The notes beneath the pieces were generated by a model, which worked only from the letters and a program-made list of their open reading frames with translations, made no database searches and was not told the origin of the DNA. Shown one piece after another: positions 12,540 to 24,254 of a stretch of DNA of 64,000 nucleotides (its first letter is position 1; every line of letters starts with the position of its first letter). The DNA comes from Octopus bimaculoides (Eukaryota). Where the stretch lies: contig NC_068982.1 of NCBI RefSeq assembly GCF_001194135.2, positions 170,918,211-170,982,210 of the forward strand, in the 5' to 3' direction. Made by a program: the position numbers and the translations under genes.

Positions 12540-13690
12540 TAAAGCCGTTTATACAGGTGCTAGTATAGGTCGCTGGACATCGTTACTTCACTTAGGACTA
12601 CTCTCTGATTTATAACCGATAGTAAACTAGAAACTACAGCATACCTACTTCTCACCTCCTGCTATTGTCCATGTTTATGTCTCTAACGTGGTCACTACTT
12701 TCTTTACTCTCCAGCTTCTTGTATTCCTTTTCGTTATAGTAAAATCTCATGTACACTGTTAATAATTGACGAAACTTGGCTTCCTGCGCTGCCTACCAGT
12801 CTGAGTTCCTTTTTACATCTTCAAATGATTAAATCCAGCAGATATTTTTGATGTGCTCAGTGATAAGCAGGACCACATATTGTTGCATGTCACCTTTTTG
12901 TACTTGCTCGTACTATGCCTCGAAATTGATTGTGCGCTAGGGTAAACACCTGTGCCGATATATCCTACAGTGATCCTTGTGACTGATATCTCCATGTAAC
13001 ATGGCATCATCTTGCGAGCGAATATCATTCGAACGAGTTACGCCTGTCTTATCATCTTGTGCTAGTCTTAGAGTTCAGGCACATACTTTCACTGACCGCG
13101 GCTTTGTATCTAGGACACGTGGTACAAGAAACAGGCTATGATTTCTTGCTACTACATTAAGAGAGCCTACTTGATTTTTGTGATACAATGGTATGTCAAT
13201 GACCTCGTAGGTCTTTCTTCGATTAATTCTTCAAGTAAGGAAATGTACTGTATTTTCTGACACACTACTTTTAAGTCTTTTATTTTTCATTGTTTATTAT
13301 GGAGTTGGATTGATTCAAACATGCAACTTTGGCTCGTGACTCATGTAAAGCTTTGTATGACAGCGCTATGTTATTTTTTGTAATTTCGTCTATATGTAAA
13401 TAGCTTTGTCTTTTGTGAAAGTAAAATATTTGTGTTTAAACTTTGCCTGTTCAATTTCAATTGTCATCTCCTCTTTATATTTTATTTTTAATGTTCTGTT
13501 TTCTGTATTCTTAAAATGTTTGTAATATTTAACAAATGAAAGCTCAAACATTTTTCTAACGTTGTGGCAAAAGCTCTTCCTGCTCCTCCAGTTCAGGCAC
13601 ATACTTTCACTGACCTCGGCTTTGTATCTAGGACACGTGGTACAAGAAACAGGCTATGATTTCTTGCTACTACATTAAGAGAGCCTACTA
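12540..13690 (-). mobile_element. Heavily decayed non-LTR fragment, possibly RTE-like
   Basis: Broken minus-strand frames of LINE-like composition (GRQRRKPSFVNY, ETxTWTI); no clean diagnostic motif. Confidence 0.3.
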
Positions 13691-13825
13691 TAATTTCCGT
13701 TTCCATCAAGTTAAATGTAATTCAATTCTTCTCTGGTGCAGTGTTTTGGAAGTCGGTTCACAGTAAGAACAACAACGACAACAACAGATACAACAACAAC
13801 AACAACAATAATGATAATAATAATC

Positions 13826-13972
13826 ATTTCTACTGTAGGCACAAGACCTGAAGGATTAAGTCAATTAGATCGACCACCAGTACTCTCCTCGAAAGGAGGA
13901 AAGTCAACCTCGGAGGAATTTTTACTCAGAACGTAGCGACAGAGAAAATACCGCTATTTCACCGGGCGTTAT
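13826..13972 (-). mobile_element. SINE fragment (Meta-like domain)
   Basis: gaaaggaggaaagtcaacctcggaggaatt..actcagaacgta is the reverse complement of the family core. Confidence 0.75.
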
Positions 13973-14149
13973 TATTTTATTTTTATTTTTGTTCCTCTAA
14001 ATATACGGGAGAATAGTCTTGTCTCAAGAGTTGGAGGAATTCTTAAGCCATGGTTGATACACCTAGGAGTATATAAGATATGCAAATATTAGAATCTGTC
14101 TGTTTCTTTTGGTTCCTTCCATATACTGAGTATAGAATATTGGGTTGGT

Positions 14150-14720
14150 ATCCAGTGCGGGATACCTCACCTTATTTAGGCTTAAGAGTAAACAGAAGCT
14201 ACCATTGTAGAAACGCAGTCGAAGAATGAGATCAGAAACACTGATATTGTAAGAATGAAAAAAAGAGATGTAATTCGGAAAAGAGAAAAGTCTGATAAGT
14301 TTGAGAGGAACCGTAGTGTGAAGAAAAAGGGGTTCAAAGTTGTGATAGGAATTAAAACTGAGGCTGAAGGTTAAAGTTCATAAACTGAAGAAATAGGAAC
14401 AGAGAATTCAGCAACGTTCGATCAAAACCAGAAACTGAATAGAAAAGAAAAAAATTGAAAACGCTGACGAGAGCAAGAGATTCTGGTCGAACATATAGTC
14501 TCAGGAGAAACAGCACGAAATTGGAGCGGAGTAGTTACAATCTTTCAAAGTGGAGGAGGGTATCAGCAGATGAATTTGAGAATCACTGAGAAAATCGTTT
14601 GGAGATCTGTGCAAGAAATGGCCTAACTGAGAAGCACATTGAAAATACCGGAGTTACTGTCAAGCTTGAAGTGATCCAGGAAACACGTTTCTTGTTATGT
14701 TAAGTCTTGTATCGTTGAGA
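14150..14720 (+). mobile_element. R4/Dong-like non-LTR fragment (region N-terminal to RT)
   Basis: Frameshifted KGFKVVI.ELKLRLKVKVHKLKK*EQRIQQ and NADESKRFWSNI*SQEKQH. Confidence 0.7.
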
Positions 14721-14812
14721 TACAGAAGAAACACTTACTTGTAGCCTTTGTTAATTTGTTATTACCCGCTTTCAAGTAAAGTTAAAGCAGTTAATATGTT
14801 CTTTTCAAGTGG

Positions 14813-14894
14813 GAAGAAGAAGAAGAAGAAGAAGAAGAAGAAGAAGAAGAAGAAGAAGAAGAAGAAGAAGAAGAAGAAGAAGAAGAAGAAGAAG

Positions 14895-14924
<30 letters not shown>
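14813..14924. repeat. (GAA)n microsatellite
   Basis: Directly visible pure run. Confidence 0.98.
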
Positions 14925-14925
<1 letters not shown>

Positions 14926-15053
14926 GAGGTCCAGAGAGACATCTGGCACTATCTCCTGTTTCAGAGATCTTGTTAATTCTTACCTGTAAAAATAAACAAT
15001 AAGCACATTTACATATACTGACAGGGAAGAAAACCGACCCACAACGAGCGAGA

Positions 15054-15103
15054 TCAGTATACTACTTTAGTTTCGCTTGATATTACAATCTCATCAGTAG
15101 TGG
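15054..15103 (-). ncRNA. Type I hammerhead ribozyme, catalytic core intact (copy 1)
   Basis: Minus strand reads CCACTA-CTGATGA-GATTG TAATAT CAAGC-GAAA-CTA AAG TAG-TA/TACTGA. All core nucleotides are present, stem III is closed, and there is one mismatch in stem II and one internal mismatch in stem I. Confidence 0.7.
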
Positions 15104-15383
15104 ATACGTCATTGCTGGAAGGTTTGACTAAATCATGACTGTCTCAGTATATATATTTATGGTTGATTTAGCAAAATGCTAATGTTAAAATTCTAAAGTA
15201 ACAAAGGCAGGTATGTGCAATACAAAACCAAAAAGGAAAAAAATTAATTGTCACTAATTGTGACATTAGAGTGTTGGGTGGCACCAATATTGCTAGAAAT
15301 AAGAGTTAAAACACACTTAGAGCCGCAAGAAAGCACATTTTCATCTACTGACAGGGGAGATAATCAGGCCACAGCCAGTGAGC

Positions 15384-15430
15384 TCACTCTACTAGTCTAG
15401 TCTCGATTGAAACTGCAAGTTCATGAAAGC
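15384..15430 (-). ncRNA. Degenerate hammerhead ribozyme (copy 2, probably inactive)
   Basis: Ungapped homolog of copy 1 at +330 bp: TTCATGA-ACTTG CAGTTT CAATC-GAGA-CTAGACTAG-TA/GAGTGA, with three core substitutions. Confidence 0.55.
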
Positions 15431-15678
15431 CTCTTTTCCTTTTGATTTTCTCGTCGCACCATCCTGTGAAGAGGAATCTTACTTTTTCCTGATTAAATTT
15501 TGTCCACTGCCTTTCGGATTTTTCTACATGTTGTCACTTCTCACGTTGTTTAATCATTTGACTTATACATGTTCGTATATAAATATGCAAACGCTCGCAC
15601 ACACACACACACACATATATATATTCATGCATATAATACTATAGATATTTTATGTTATATATGCAAATGTGTATATAT

Positions 15679-16805
15679 TGATACGGACCGCCGAAGTACA
15701 AAATAGCGTCATGTCCCTATTCCCCGAGCTGGGTTTGAAACCGTACTCTGGTTGTTGAGGACAATGGTATTTCTTTTGTCCTGTCAACAAGCAAAGTTAT
15801 TTTTAGCGTAGGAGTGACCGCTGACCCTTTCCGGTCATCGAAAGTTCAGAAAAACAAGTTAGGAACTGTACTAAACTGACCCAGCTGTGGAGGGGGTAAC
15901 GTAGCACTGTCGGCTACGGTAGTTGTCATAAATACGGTAGGTAGTTGGCGTACGCAGTTGGTATCGAGCAGTTGGCGTGAGCGGTCAGCCAGTGAAGATG
16001 TACAGCAGTTGATGTGAAGGCCAGCGGCCAGTAGAGAACCAAGATGAACAAAGAGACTGACAGAAAGAGGCTAAGAGAGAGAGGCTATTGTCAGAAGGTA
16101 CCAGTCAGCAGAAATGGATAGTGTCTGAGAGAGAGAGGGACAGAGAGATGGNNNNNNNNNNTCAGAAGGTACCAGTCAGCAGAAATGGATAGTGTCTGAG
16201 AGAGAGAGGGACAGAGAGATGGAACTGTTGTGGCAGGCAAAATATTGTAGTAGACTGCTTTGGTTAGTTCTTGTGATTGTAGTGGGATATTTGAAGGAAA
16301 GGAAATTCTTGCGGTGAAGGTTTGTTTGCATTTCTTTAAAGAAAAGTGTACTTGCGTTGTTATGTGATTTTGCAAAGAACTTTGTTAACTCTTGTTAATT
16401 GTGATATTAACTGGTTGAAAAGAAAGAAAAGAAAGAACTTTGTTGTTACATGTTGTTCAAAAAATAGAGAAACAAAGAAGTAAAGTAACTTTTAATTGAC
16501 TTGAAATACGAACTCTGATTGTAAACTTTTGATTATGTTAAATGCTTGGAAACGCTATTGTTACATGTTAATGAACTATTGTTACGCAATGCTCTGTTTT
16601 GTATTGATGATGTATTGTGATGTAAAGAAAAAAAAAGTTAGTTTCACTACGCAACGTATGGTCCTGTGTTATTTCTTCCTCCTTGCCTGTTACGTGCTCC
16701 GTCTGGGCTTAATAGTCGTGGCGAACATCCTGACTCGCTGAGCGCCGACGTTCGCACGCGCGCGAGTTTTCTCTTCGTTGAGGTGCTTCGCGTGCGGGCG
16801 TTCCT

Positions 16806-16809
<4 letters not shown>
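15679..16809 (+). mobile_element. Probable solo LTR (Gypsy-like)
   Basis: Starts TGATA, ends TAACA, flanked by ATAT on both sides; GC-richer non-coding interior with a TATA-like cataaata; no internal ORF. Orientation is tentative. Confidence 0.45.
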
Positions 16810-16842
<33 letters not shown>

Positions 16843-16901
16843 TATACATATATGTATATGTATAAATACACGTATATATGTGTTTTTATATATGAATACA
16901 C

Positions 16902-16939
<38 letters not shown>

Positions 16940-18042
16940 GTAAGCCTAAAAACACATGTACACACACTAGCATGCATATAGATGAATACTTTTATATTTG
17001 TATGTATTATATATCACCATGGATACACAAAATATACAAACAAAATACAAGCATGCGTAGTCCTACCTATTTCAAATATACGAATGTGCCGTTAAAATCT
17101 CGTTATGTATAAACAAGCTCTTTTCGGCAATGGATGTATAGTAATTAACATGAGAAAACGTAAGTATAGAACAACTTAAATCTAAGTTTATCGTTCTAAA
17201 ATATCTACTGAACATGTAATGAGCTTTGATGTTCATTTACCTGCGTGGAAAAGTATGATATATAAGTGTAATGCGGAATTCTATGTATGAAATAATAGTA
17301 TTTAAATGCTTTTAATTTCTAATCATTATAATGCGCGAAAATCTCATTCACCTCGTTTAATAAACCGTTTTATGCCAACATTTCAGTAGTTCCCTGCGCG
17401 TATGACCCACACTAACTACTTTAATACCTTTAAGGTTTCGCTAACTCTAATATAGTACAATACATCTTTAATTTGATAGTTTTACATTTGAGGTTCCCAA
17501 GGTATTGACGCTAAATATTTAAACTGAAATTACTCAGGGAATGCTTTTGCGAGGTATAATATTGTTATGTCTCAAGCTACTGCTATCTAGCACCTTCGGA
17601 TGATGTCTGCTCAACAGCTCCACGACGGCTACTCAACTGTCAGTCTACTGTCAGTCCACTCCTACCACGGTCAGACTACCTCCATTTATATGTCTTGGTC
17701 GAGCCTACCTCTTCGCTTGGGAGCGTCGACACAACAAATTTATTTTGAAACAGTTAAAGAAGAAACGTTTCTCTTTAACTATTAGTTAAATTCTATATAT
17801 CAGATATGTTTGAGACAGTAACGTTTAAGCACATACAAACTGACATTTGTAAAATTACATTAACTTTTTGTGTTCTTCACAAAATATGACTATTATGAAA
17901 TTATATTGGATTTCCAGTTGTTGCAGTAGATAAACATCACACTCGGTGTCATATATTTTAGATGCTATATTTATTTATTATATCACAAATTGATAGTGTA
18001 ATTTGAATTTCGCACTTGTATGTACTGCGCTTAACTACTAAC

Positions 18043-18194
18043 CTTGGGCAAAATACGGTGTATATTGACGAAATTTAATGCTATAAACATGTCTGCGTTC
18101 ATTTCTTCGCCTGAAGAAATAAACGCCTGGACGAAGACCCACCTGATGTCTATGGATATTAGAGATGGGACTGTAATTATACCAGGTATGCGGA
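18043..18194 (-). CDS. Candidate isolated internal exon of an unidentified gene
   Basis: Acceptor gatttttgttactttag, donor AAG|gttagt, 152 bp with two open frames (PHTWYNYSPISNIHRHQVGLRPGVYFF... or RIPGIITVPSLISIDIRWVF...). No homolog recognised. Confidence 0.35.
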
Positions 18195-18271
18195 CTAAAG
18201 TAACAAAAATCTTGCCATATGCGGAAACGTCCATTGCGATGCATGAAACTATTTATAAAAGCCCTCTATGG

Positions 18272-18322
<51 letters not shown>
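18272..18322. repeat. (ATT)n microsatellite at 3' side of Dong-like element
   Basis: Directly visible. Confidence 0.95.
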
Positions 18323-18790
18323 GTTTTTTTCTTCTTTCTTCAAATTTTCTTCCATTTCTCGCCGAGTGTTTTCCGTACACCTAGGGCAGAGAAGCTCATT
18401 GTAGGCATTCCCAGTTTACACATACAAATTCACAGGTAAAATATGTATTTAAAAAAAATAATAAATAAGTACATTCTTGAATGGATGTTGTTTTCACAGC
18501 GATAATGTCCTTCTCAGTACATGAGTCGTTCCAGTTAACACGATTTTTTGCACTTCCTGTAGGGGTGGTAAGCCTGATATCATTTTCAAATATGTTTCAG
18601 TACCATTTTTTAAATCATTCCTAGAGATCCTACAATCAATGGTACAGTAGACGCCTTGAGATGCCACATTTTGTTCAATTTCTATTAGTAAGTCTTTATA
18701 TTTACTGATCTTGTCAAATTTTTTTGCCGCTATATAGTGATCGCAAGGAATACTCATATCAATTAATAAACGCACCTTTTTTGTCTGATC

Positions 18791-18795
<5 letters not shown>
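18323..18795 (-). mobile_element. 5'-truncated R4/Dong-like element (REL endonuclease C-terminus and 3' UTR)
   Basis: KDQTKKVRLLIDMSIPCD...KISKYKDLLIEIE...QKIVLTGTTHVLRRTL is the PD..D..K restriction-like endonuclease end of R4-clade elements. Confidence 0.85.
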
Positions 18796-18855
<60 letters not shown>

Positions 18856-18890
18856 GTTGTTGTTGTTGTTGTTATTATTATTATTATTAA

Positions 18891-18922
<32 letters not shown>
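18796..18922. repeat. (ATT)n/(GTT)n microsatellite running into an N-gap
   Basis: Directly visible. Confidence 0.95.
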
Positions 18923-19828
18923 NNNNNNNNNNNNNNNNNNNNNNNNNNNNNNNNNNNNNNNNNNNNNNNNNNNNNNNNNNNNNNNNNNNNNNNNNNNNNN
19001 NNNNNNNNNNNNNNNNNNNNNNNNNNNNNNNNNNNNNNNNNNNNNNNNNNNNNNNNNNNNNNNNNNNNNNNNNNNNNNNNNNNNNNNNNNNNNNNNNNNN
19101 NNNNNNNNNNNNNNNNNNNNNNNNNNNNNNNNNNNNNNNNNNNNNNNNNNNNNNNNNNNNNNNNNNNNNNNNNNNNNNNNNNNNNNNNNNNNNNNNNNNN
19201 NNNNNNNNNNNNNNNNNNNNNNNNNNNNNNNNNNNNNNNNNNNNNNNNNNNNNNNNNNNNNNNNNNNNNNNNNNNNNNNNNNNNNNNNNNNNNNNNNNNN
19301 NNNNNNNNNNNNNNNNNNNNNNNNNNNNNNNNNNNNNNNNNNNNNNNNNNNNNNNNNNNNNNNNNNNNNNNNNNNNNNNNNNNNNNNNNNNNNNNNNNNN
19401 NNNNNNNNNNNNNNNNNNNNNNNNNNNNNNNNNNNNNNNNNNNNNNNNNNNNNNNNNNNNNNNNNNNNNNNNNNNNNNNNNNNNNNNNNNNNNNNNNNNN
19501 NNNNNNNNNNNNNNNNNNNNNNNNNNNNNNNNNNNNNNNNNNNNNNNNNNNNNNNNNNNNNNNNNNNNNNNNNNNNNNNNNNNNNNNNNNNNNNNNNNNN
19601 NNNNNNNNNNNNNNNNNNNNNNNNNNNNNNNNNNNNNNNNNNNNNNNNNNNNNNNNNNNNNNNNNNNNNNNNNNNNNNNNNNNNNNNNNNNNNNNNNNNN
19701 NNNNNNNNNNNNNNNNNNNNNNNNNNNNNNNNNNNNNNNNNNNNNNNNNNNNNNNNNNNNNNNNNNNNNNNNNNNNNNNNNNNNNNNNNNNNNNNNNNNN
19801 NNNNNNNNNNNNNNNNNNNNNNNNNNNN

Positions 19829-19890
<62 letters not shown>

Positions 19891-20408
19891 ACAGTTAATA
19901 TTGCAAAACCACCGGACGGTACGTTTCCACATGAATAATAATCATAATTTTTATCATGAACGTAATTATTCGAATGCTTATAAATTTTCTCTATCAAATA
20001 GGTTATGCTAATAATATTAACTTTTCATTGCTCTGTCATATCAGCTGATGTTTCGTTAAATAGCATTTTAATTCACTAGAATTAATATCTTTCGACCTGA
20101 ATACACTATAAGCATGATAGCTTTGTTTGAAATGCGTAATGTTTTCCGAGATTGTATTCCAACATTCTTTTAGTTGAATCATCAATCATAATACTCCAAA
20201 TTTGTATTTTCAATAATTCCACTGTTCCATTATATCAGAAAAATATACTTTTCGCCTATTGCACTGTTGCAAGTTTTTCATCTTATCTCATGTGTGTGCG
20301 TGCATATGAATATGCTCGAATCTGTATCTGTGCAAATGTGAAGGCATTTTAACTTGTCTAGCAAAGTTATAAAGAAATCAATTTATACATACCTATATAT
20401 ACATATAG

Positions 20409-20464
<56 letters not shown>

Positions 20465-23400
20465 GCACTCACATATATAGTGTATATGTATGTGTGTTGG
20501 CCTTTTAACTTGTTTGGCATATTTATAAAGCGTTCAACGAATGCAACCGATATAACATGTTTGATGTTTTCTGTATAATCATGCCACTAAGTACAAATCA
20601 TTTCCGAAAATTGAATAAACATATATAAATAATTGAGCATAATAAAATATAAAGACATTTGAGCATGAAAGAAATTTATCGATTTCTTTTCTTTTCTTTT
20701 TTTTTTAGTTAAGAATTATCGAGATATATTATATTAGTGTTCAATTCAAGTATTTTCTATATATTATCAAAGGAAGGAAAATATTAAAAAATGAGATAAA
20801 AGTTATGCAAAAAGATTATGTATCAATGGATATATTATTATTAATGAGTCAATAAATCCTCATTCTATTTATATGTACACCCACAATCACACTTACAGAC
20901 AAAAAAAAATCAACAAATTTTTCTAGTACAGGGACTATTTTCAAAATATGAATTATTGTACTTGTGTGTATGAGTGTGCACTCGCGTATGTGTGTGTTTG
21001 TTGCAGTTTTAGTTACTACAATAACGGTTTTGTAATGCTTTTATAAAAAACCTCATTCCTATGTTTGTACGGACACAGATATATAAAATTGCATCTTTTA
21101 AATGTTCAGTACGAAATGTTTTTATTGCGGTGTATTGGTAATATCAGCGTTATCTTGAATAGGAAGCGGTTTTAAAATGTTATGCATAAATAAGATCTGA
21201 TGCTCTAGTGAATATAAGTGGGTGCAATCAACAAGAAAACTAGGTGCAATTTTCAATAGGAAACCTGAATATCGTCATGTAAATTGTAAAAATATAATGC
21301 CACAAAGAAACAGAAAGAGGAAATGTCCATTTCTATCTTCGATGAATTAAATCCAGTGTCGCAATTGAAGTGAAAATTAATTTTAAATGTTATTCTCTAA
21401 TTTAAAGGTTTCAGACATTTCCGACACAATCTACCCCGCAAAACAGACAATAATTATCATATTTTGGCGTGTGAGTTTTTGTTCATATCAATTATTCGTT
21501 ATTCCTGTGTCTCTTATTTGTATAATCATGGAAGTCACAATATTCTATATAAAATAAGATTTCAAAGAGTCCGGTAACTGATATTTGACAAATGCATTCA
21601 ATGCCAAAAAAAAAAAAAAAAAAAAGCTAAAATAAAAGAAATAAACTAAGAAATAAAAAAAATATTTGAATATAAAAAGCATTATTTAGTATTTGCGTCT
21701 GAATAGCTAAAAGCCCTAAAGAATTTTGTTCGATAAATTCAAAATTCTAAATCAACTAAAACTCGTGAAAACAGTATTGTCTTCTACTTCACTTAAATTA
21801 TTATTTTCTAGTTATTATTAGATCAAAAGTAATAATCAAGAATAGAATTTTACAGATTTGTAATATAAGATTTCATTTTTTTCCATGTTCTATTTGGATT
21901 CAGAATTTAGAGAGTTAGTTGGAAGGAGACCTTTCTATAACGGAAATCATTTGATGAGACATTTGGGAGAGATTTGGTACAATGAAATTTTTTTTACTTG
22001 TATAGTTGTTTTTGAAATGTTTAGTTTTTGTCAGTCTGATACCGAGAGGCAGTGAAGTATCATTAAGTATTGATGAGAACAAAATGGATAATTTTCAAAT
22101 GCTATATTCTTTGTATACTTTTAAATATAAGAAGACAATAGTATCTAATTTTAGAAGTTTGGGTCTGCTTTGCAACGTTAATAAGTACAAATATCATGTA
22201 GGTGGAAAATGCTATTCACAAGCAAAACGAAAAGAAACAAATAATATTTATGTATTTGGTTAAGTGTACACCAAATATAATAAACTATATTTTGATATTT
22301 TTCACTTTAGATAGGGACAGAATAAATTAAATAAGCAGACAATATCGAAAATTAGTCGGAAAAACAAATCAAATCCAGCAGAATATATTCTGATGAATTG
22401 TGTTAGAATACTGCAATGTCAGCGTTGCATTTAATATTAAGTACAAGGAATTTACTACAGTTACTTCAATTTCTCTAAAGGCTAGGCATTTCTCCTGAAA
22501 TACGTAATTTTGCGCTACTTGCTAAAACTAATAATATTAGTGAATTAGCAAAGGCAAGTATTGTCACATTCACTTGTTAATGCACATGGTTATTTAATTC
22601 ATCTTTATTGCAAGATCTATTCATTAGAATTAATAAATTTTATTTCATATTGATCAGCGAATATATTACACGCTCTTACAAACCCCAAGAACATTAACTA
22701 CATAAAGAGGCAAAATATTATTAGTCACAAATACTACTATACCTTTCAATGAATCAAGTCATCAATTTATGGCCGTCAGGTTACTGTGGTTGTTTTCGCG
22801 TTCAGTGACCAAGAGTTTTCACTGTTGTGTGTTTTATGCTTCTATCTTCACTGATCAAAACTATCTTTTTTTTACTGTTTTTCACAGAAAACTAGCATCT
22901 ATTACATAAGAAAATAAGTTTTATATTACGAGTTGATAAAATATTCCTCAAATACATGTTGCTTCATATCATTACAAGTATGGTTCCATGTTTATTTCAA
23001 CATCACCATATACTAGCCCAAGAATGAATATAATTTCTGATCTCACCATATGAAACGATGAAAATTCTCAAATTTGAACGTAATATGTATTTTTCATTTA
23101 TCCGTTTTATCTTCATTTTAAATAACAGGATGAGAAATCGTGTAAATATGTAATATTTTCACAAGTGCTAAAATTATATTGGGAGTCAGTTGTTTATGTT
23201 ATTTTTGTCACACACTTATCTCGAATTAAAATTTCTAAAAGTTCATATTAATCGAAAATTGTATTAGTCTGTATCATTAAAACATTTGCAGCCTCAGCTA
23301 TAAAACATGACCCTATTGTTCTTTTACTAAAGTAGATCGGATTTTGATATTATAGGATACAATTCTGAGAAAAACTGTTTGCATAGAATATTAAGTTCGA

Positions 23401-24089
23401 TTATCCAGTGACTACGTATAGCTATAGGCAATGTTACTACAAAAAACTAAGCAGAACTGAACGGTTAAAACTTTGCTTTTGAATACTGAAATCCTGTGTT
23501 TCATTACAATGGCTTACTATGATAATAGTAAAGTAATTTAGTCATAGTCTTCGATTCAACAAAATCATGGGAGAAAACTTTCGGTCGATAGGAAAGTGTA
23601 TGAACTACATCAAATGGAATATGTCTAGATAATGCAGGTCCGATCCAGTGACATGTTATTTTGCTGAAGATTAATAAGAGCTAACATAAGGACATAGATT
23701 TCTCTTACAATACTCATCCACTTATGTTGTAATATAACGAGTACGTTGTAATATATAACGATTGCATTTATATAACGAGAAAGTTGATTGAAGAAATAGT
23801 TTCACTATCATCTGTGGGGAATAGTCGAGTTTCAGAATGTAATTTAATAAGAAAGCAATTATTAAAGATGCCCACCAAATTTCCTACTCATAAAAGCGCG
23901 GATAACGTTCATTGTACAAGGGAAAGTAGATCGATTAAAAGAAATATCTTCCCATACATTTCGAGTCATTTGAACTGAAGACGCTGTGGAAGTTAATTCA
24001 ATACTACATGATGTGTTTTCTGTTACCCTGCTGATCCACAGGGCAACTTATGTGAATGAATGATGTAACATTTTAACATATATCTGATG

Positions 24090-24254
24090 GAATATTAGTT
24101 CTGGTGGGATACTCGTTCTAATTCCGCTGAGGTCGACTTTGACTTTTATCCTTTCGGGGTCGATAAAATAAGTAACAATTGATCACTGGAGTTGATGTAA
24201 TCGATTTACACCCTCAGCGAAATTGTTGGCCTTTGCCAAAATTTAAGACTATTA
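24090..24254 (+). mobile_element. SINE 3' part (Meta-like domain)
   Basis: ttccgctgaggtcgactttgacttttatcctttcggggtcgataaaataagt core. Confidence 0.8.

Noticed and set aside
16091-16222. 61-bp perfect direct repeat either side of a 10-N gap
   Set aside because: Typical overlapping-contig (negative gap) scaffolding artefact.
18724-20011. ORFs of 300-400 aa here and at 39468-40785, 47227-47811, 54749-55551 and 60837-61672
   Set aside because: They read through N-gaps and microsatellites (poly-X, poly-I, HT/YI/CV repeats).
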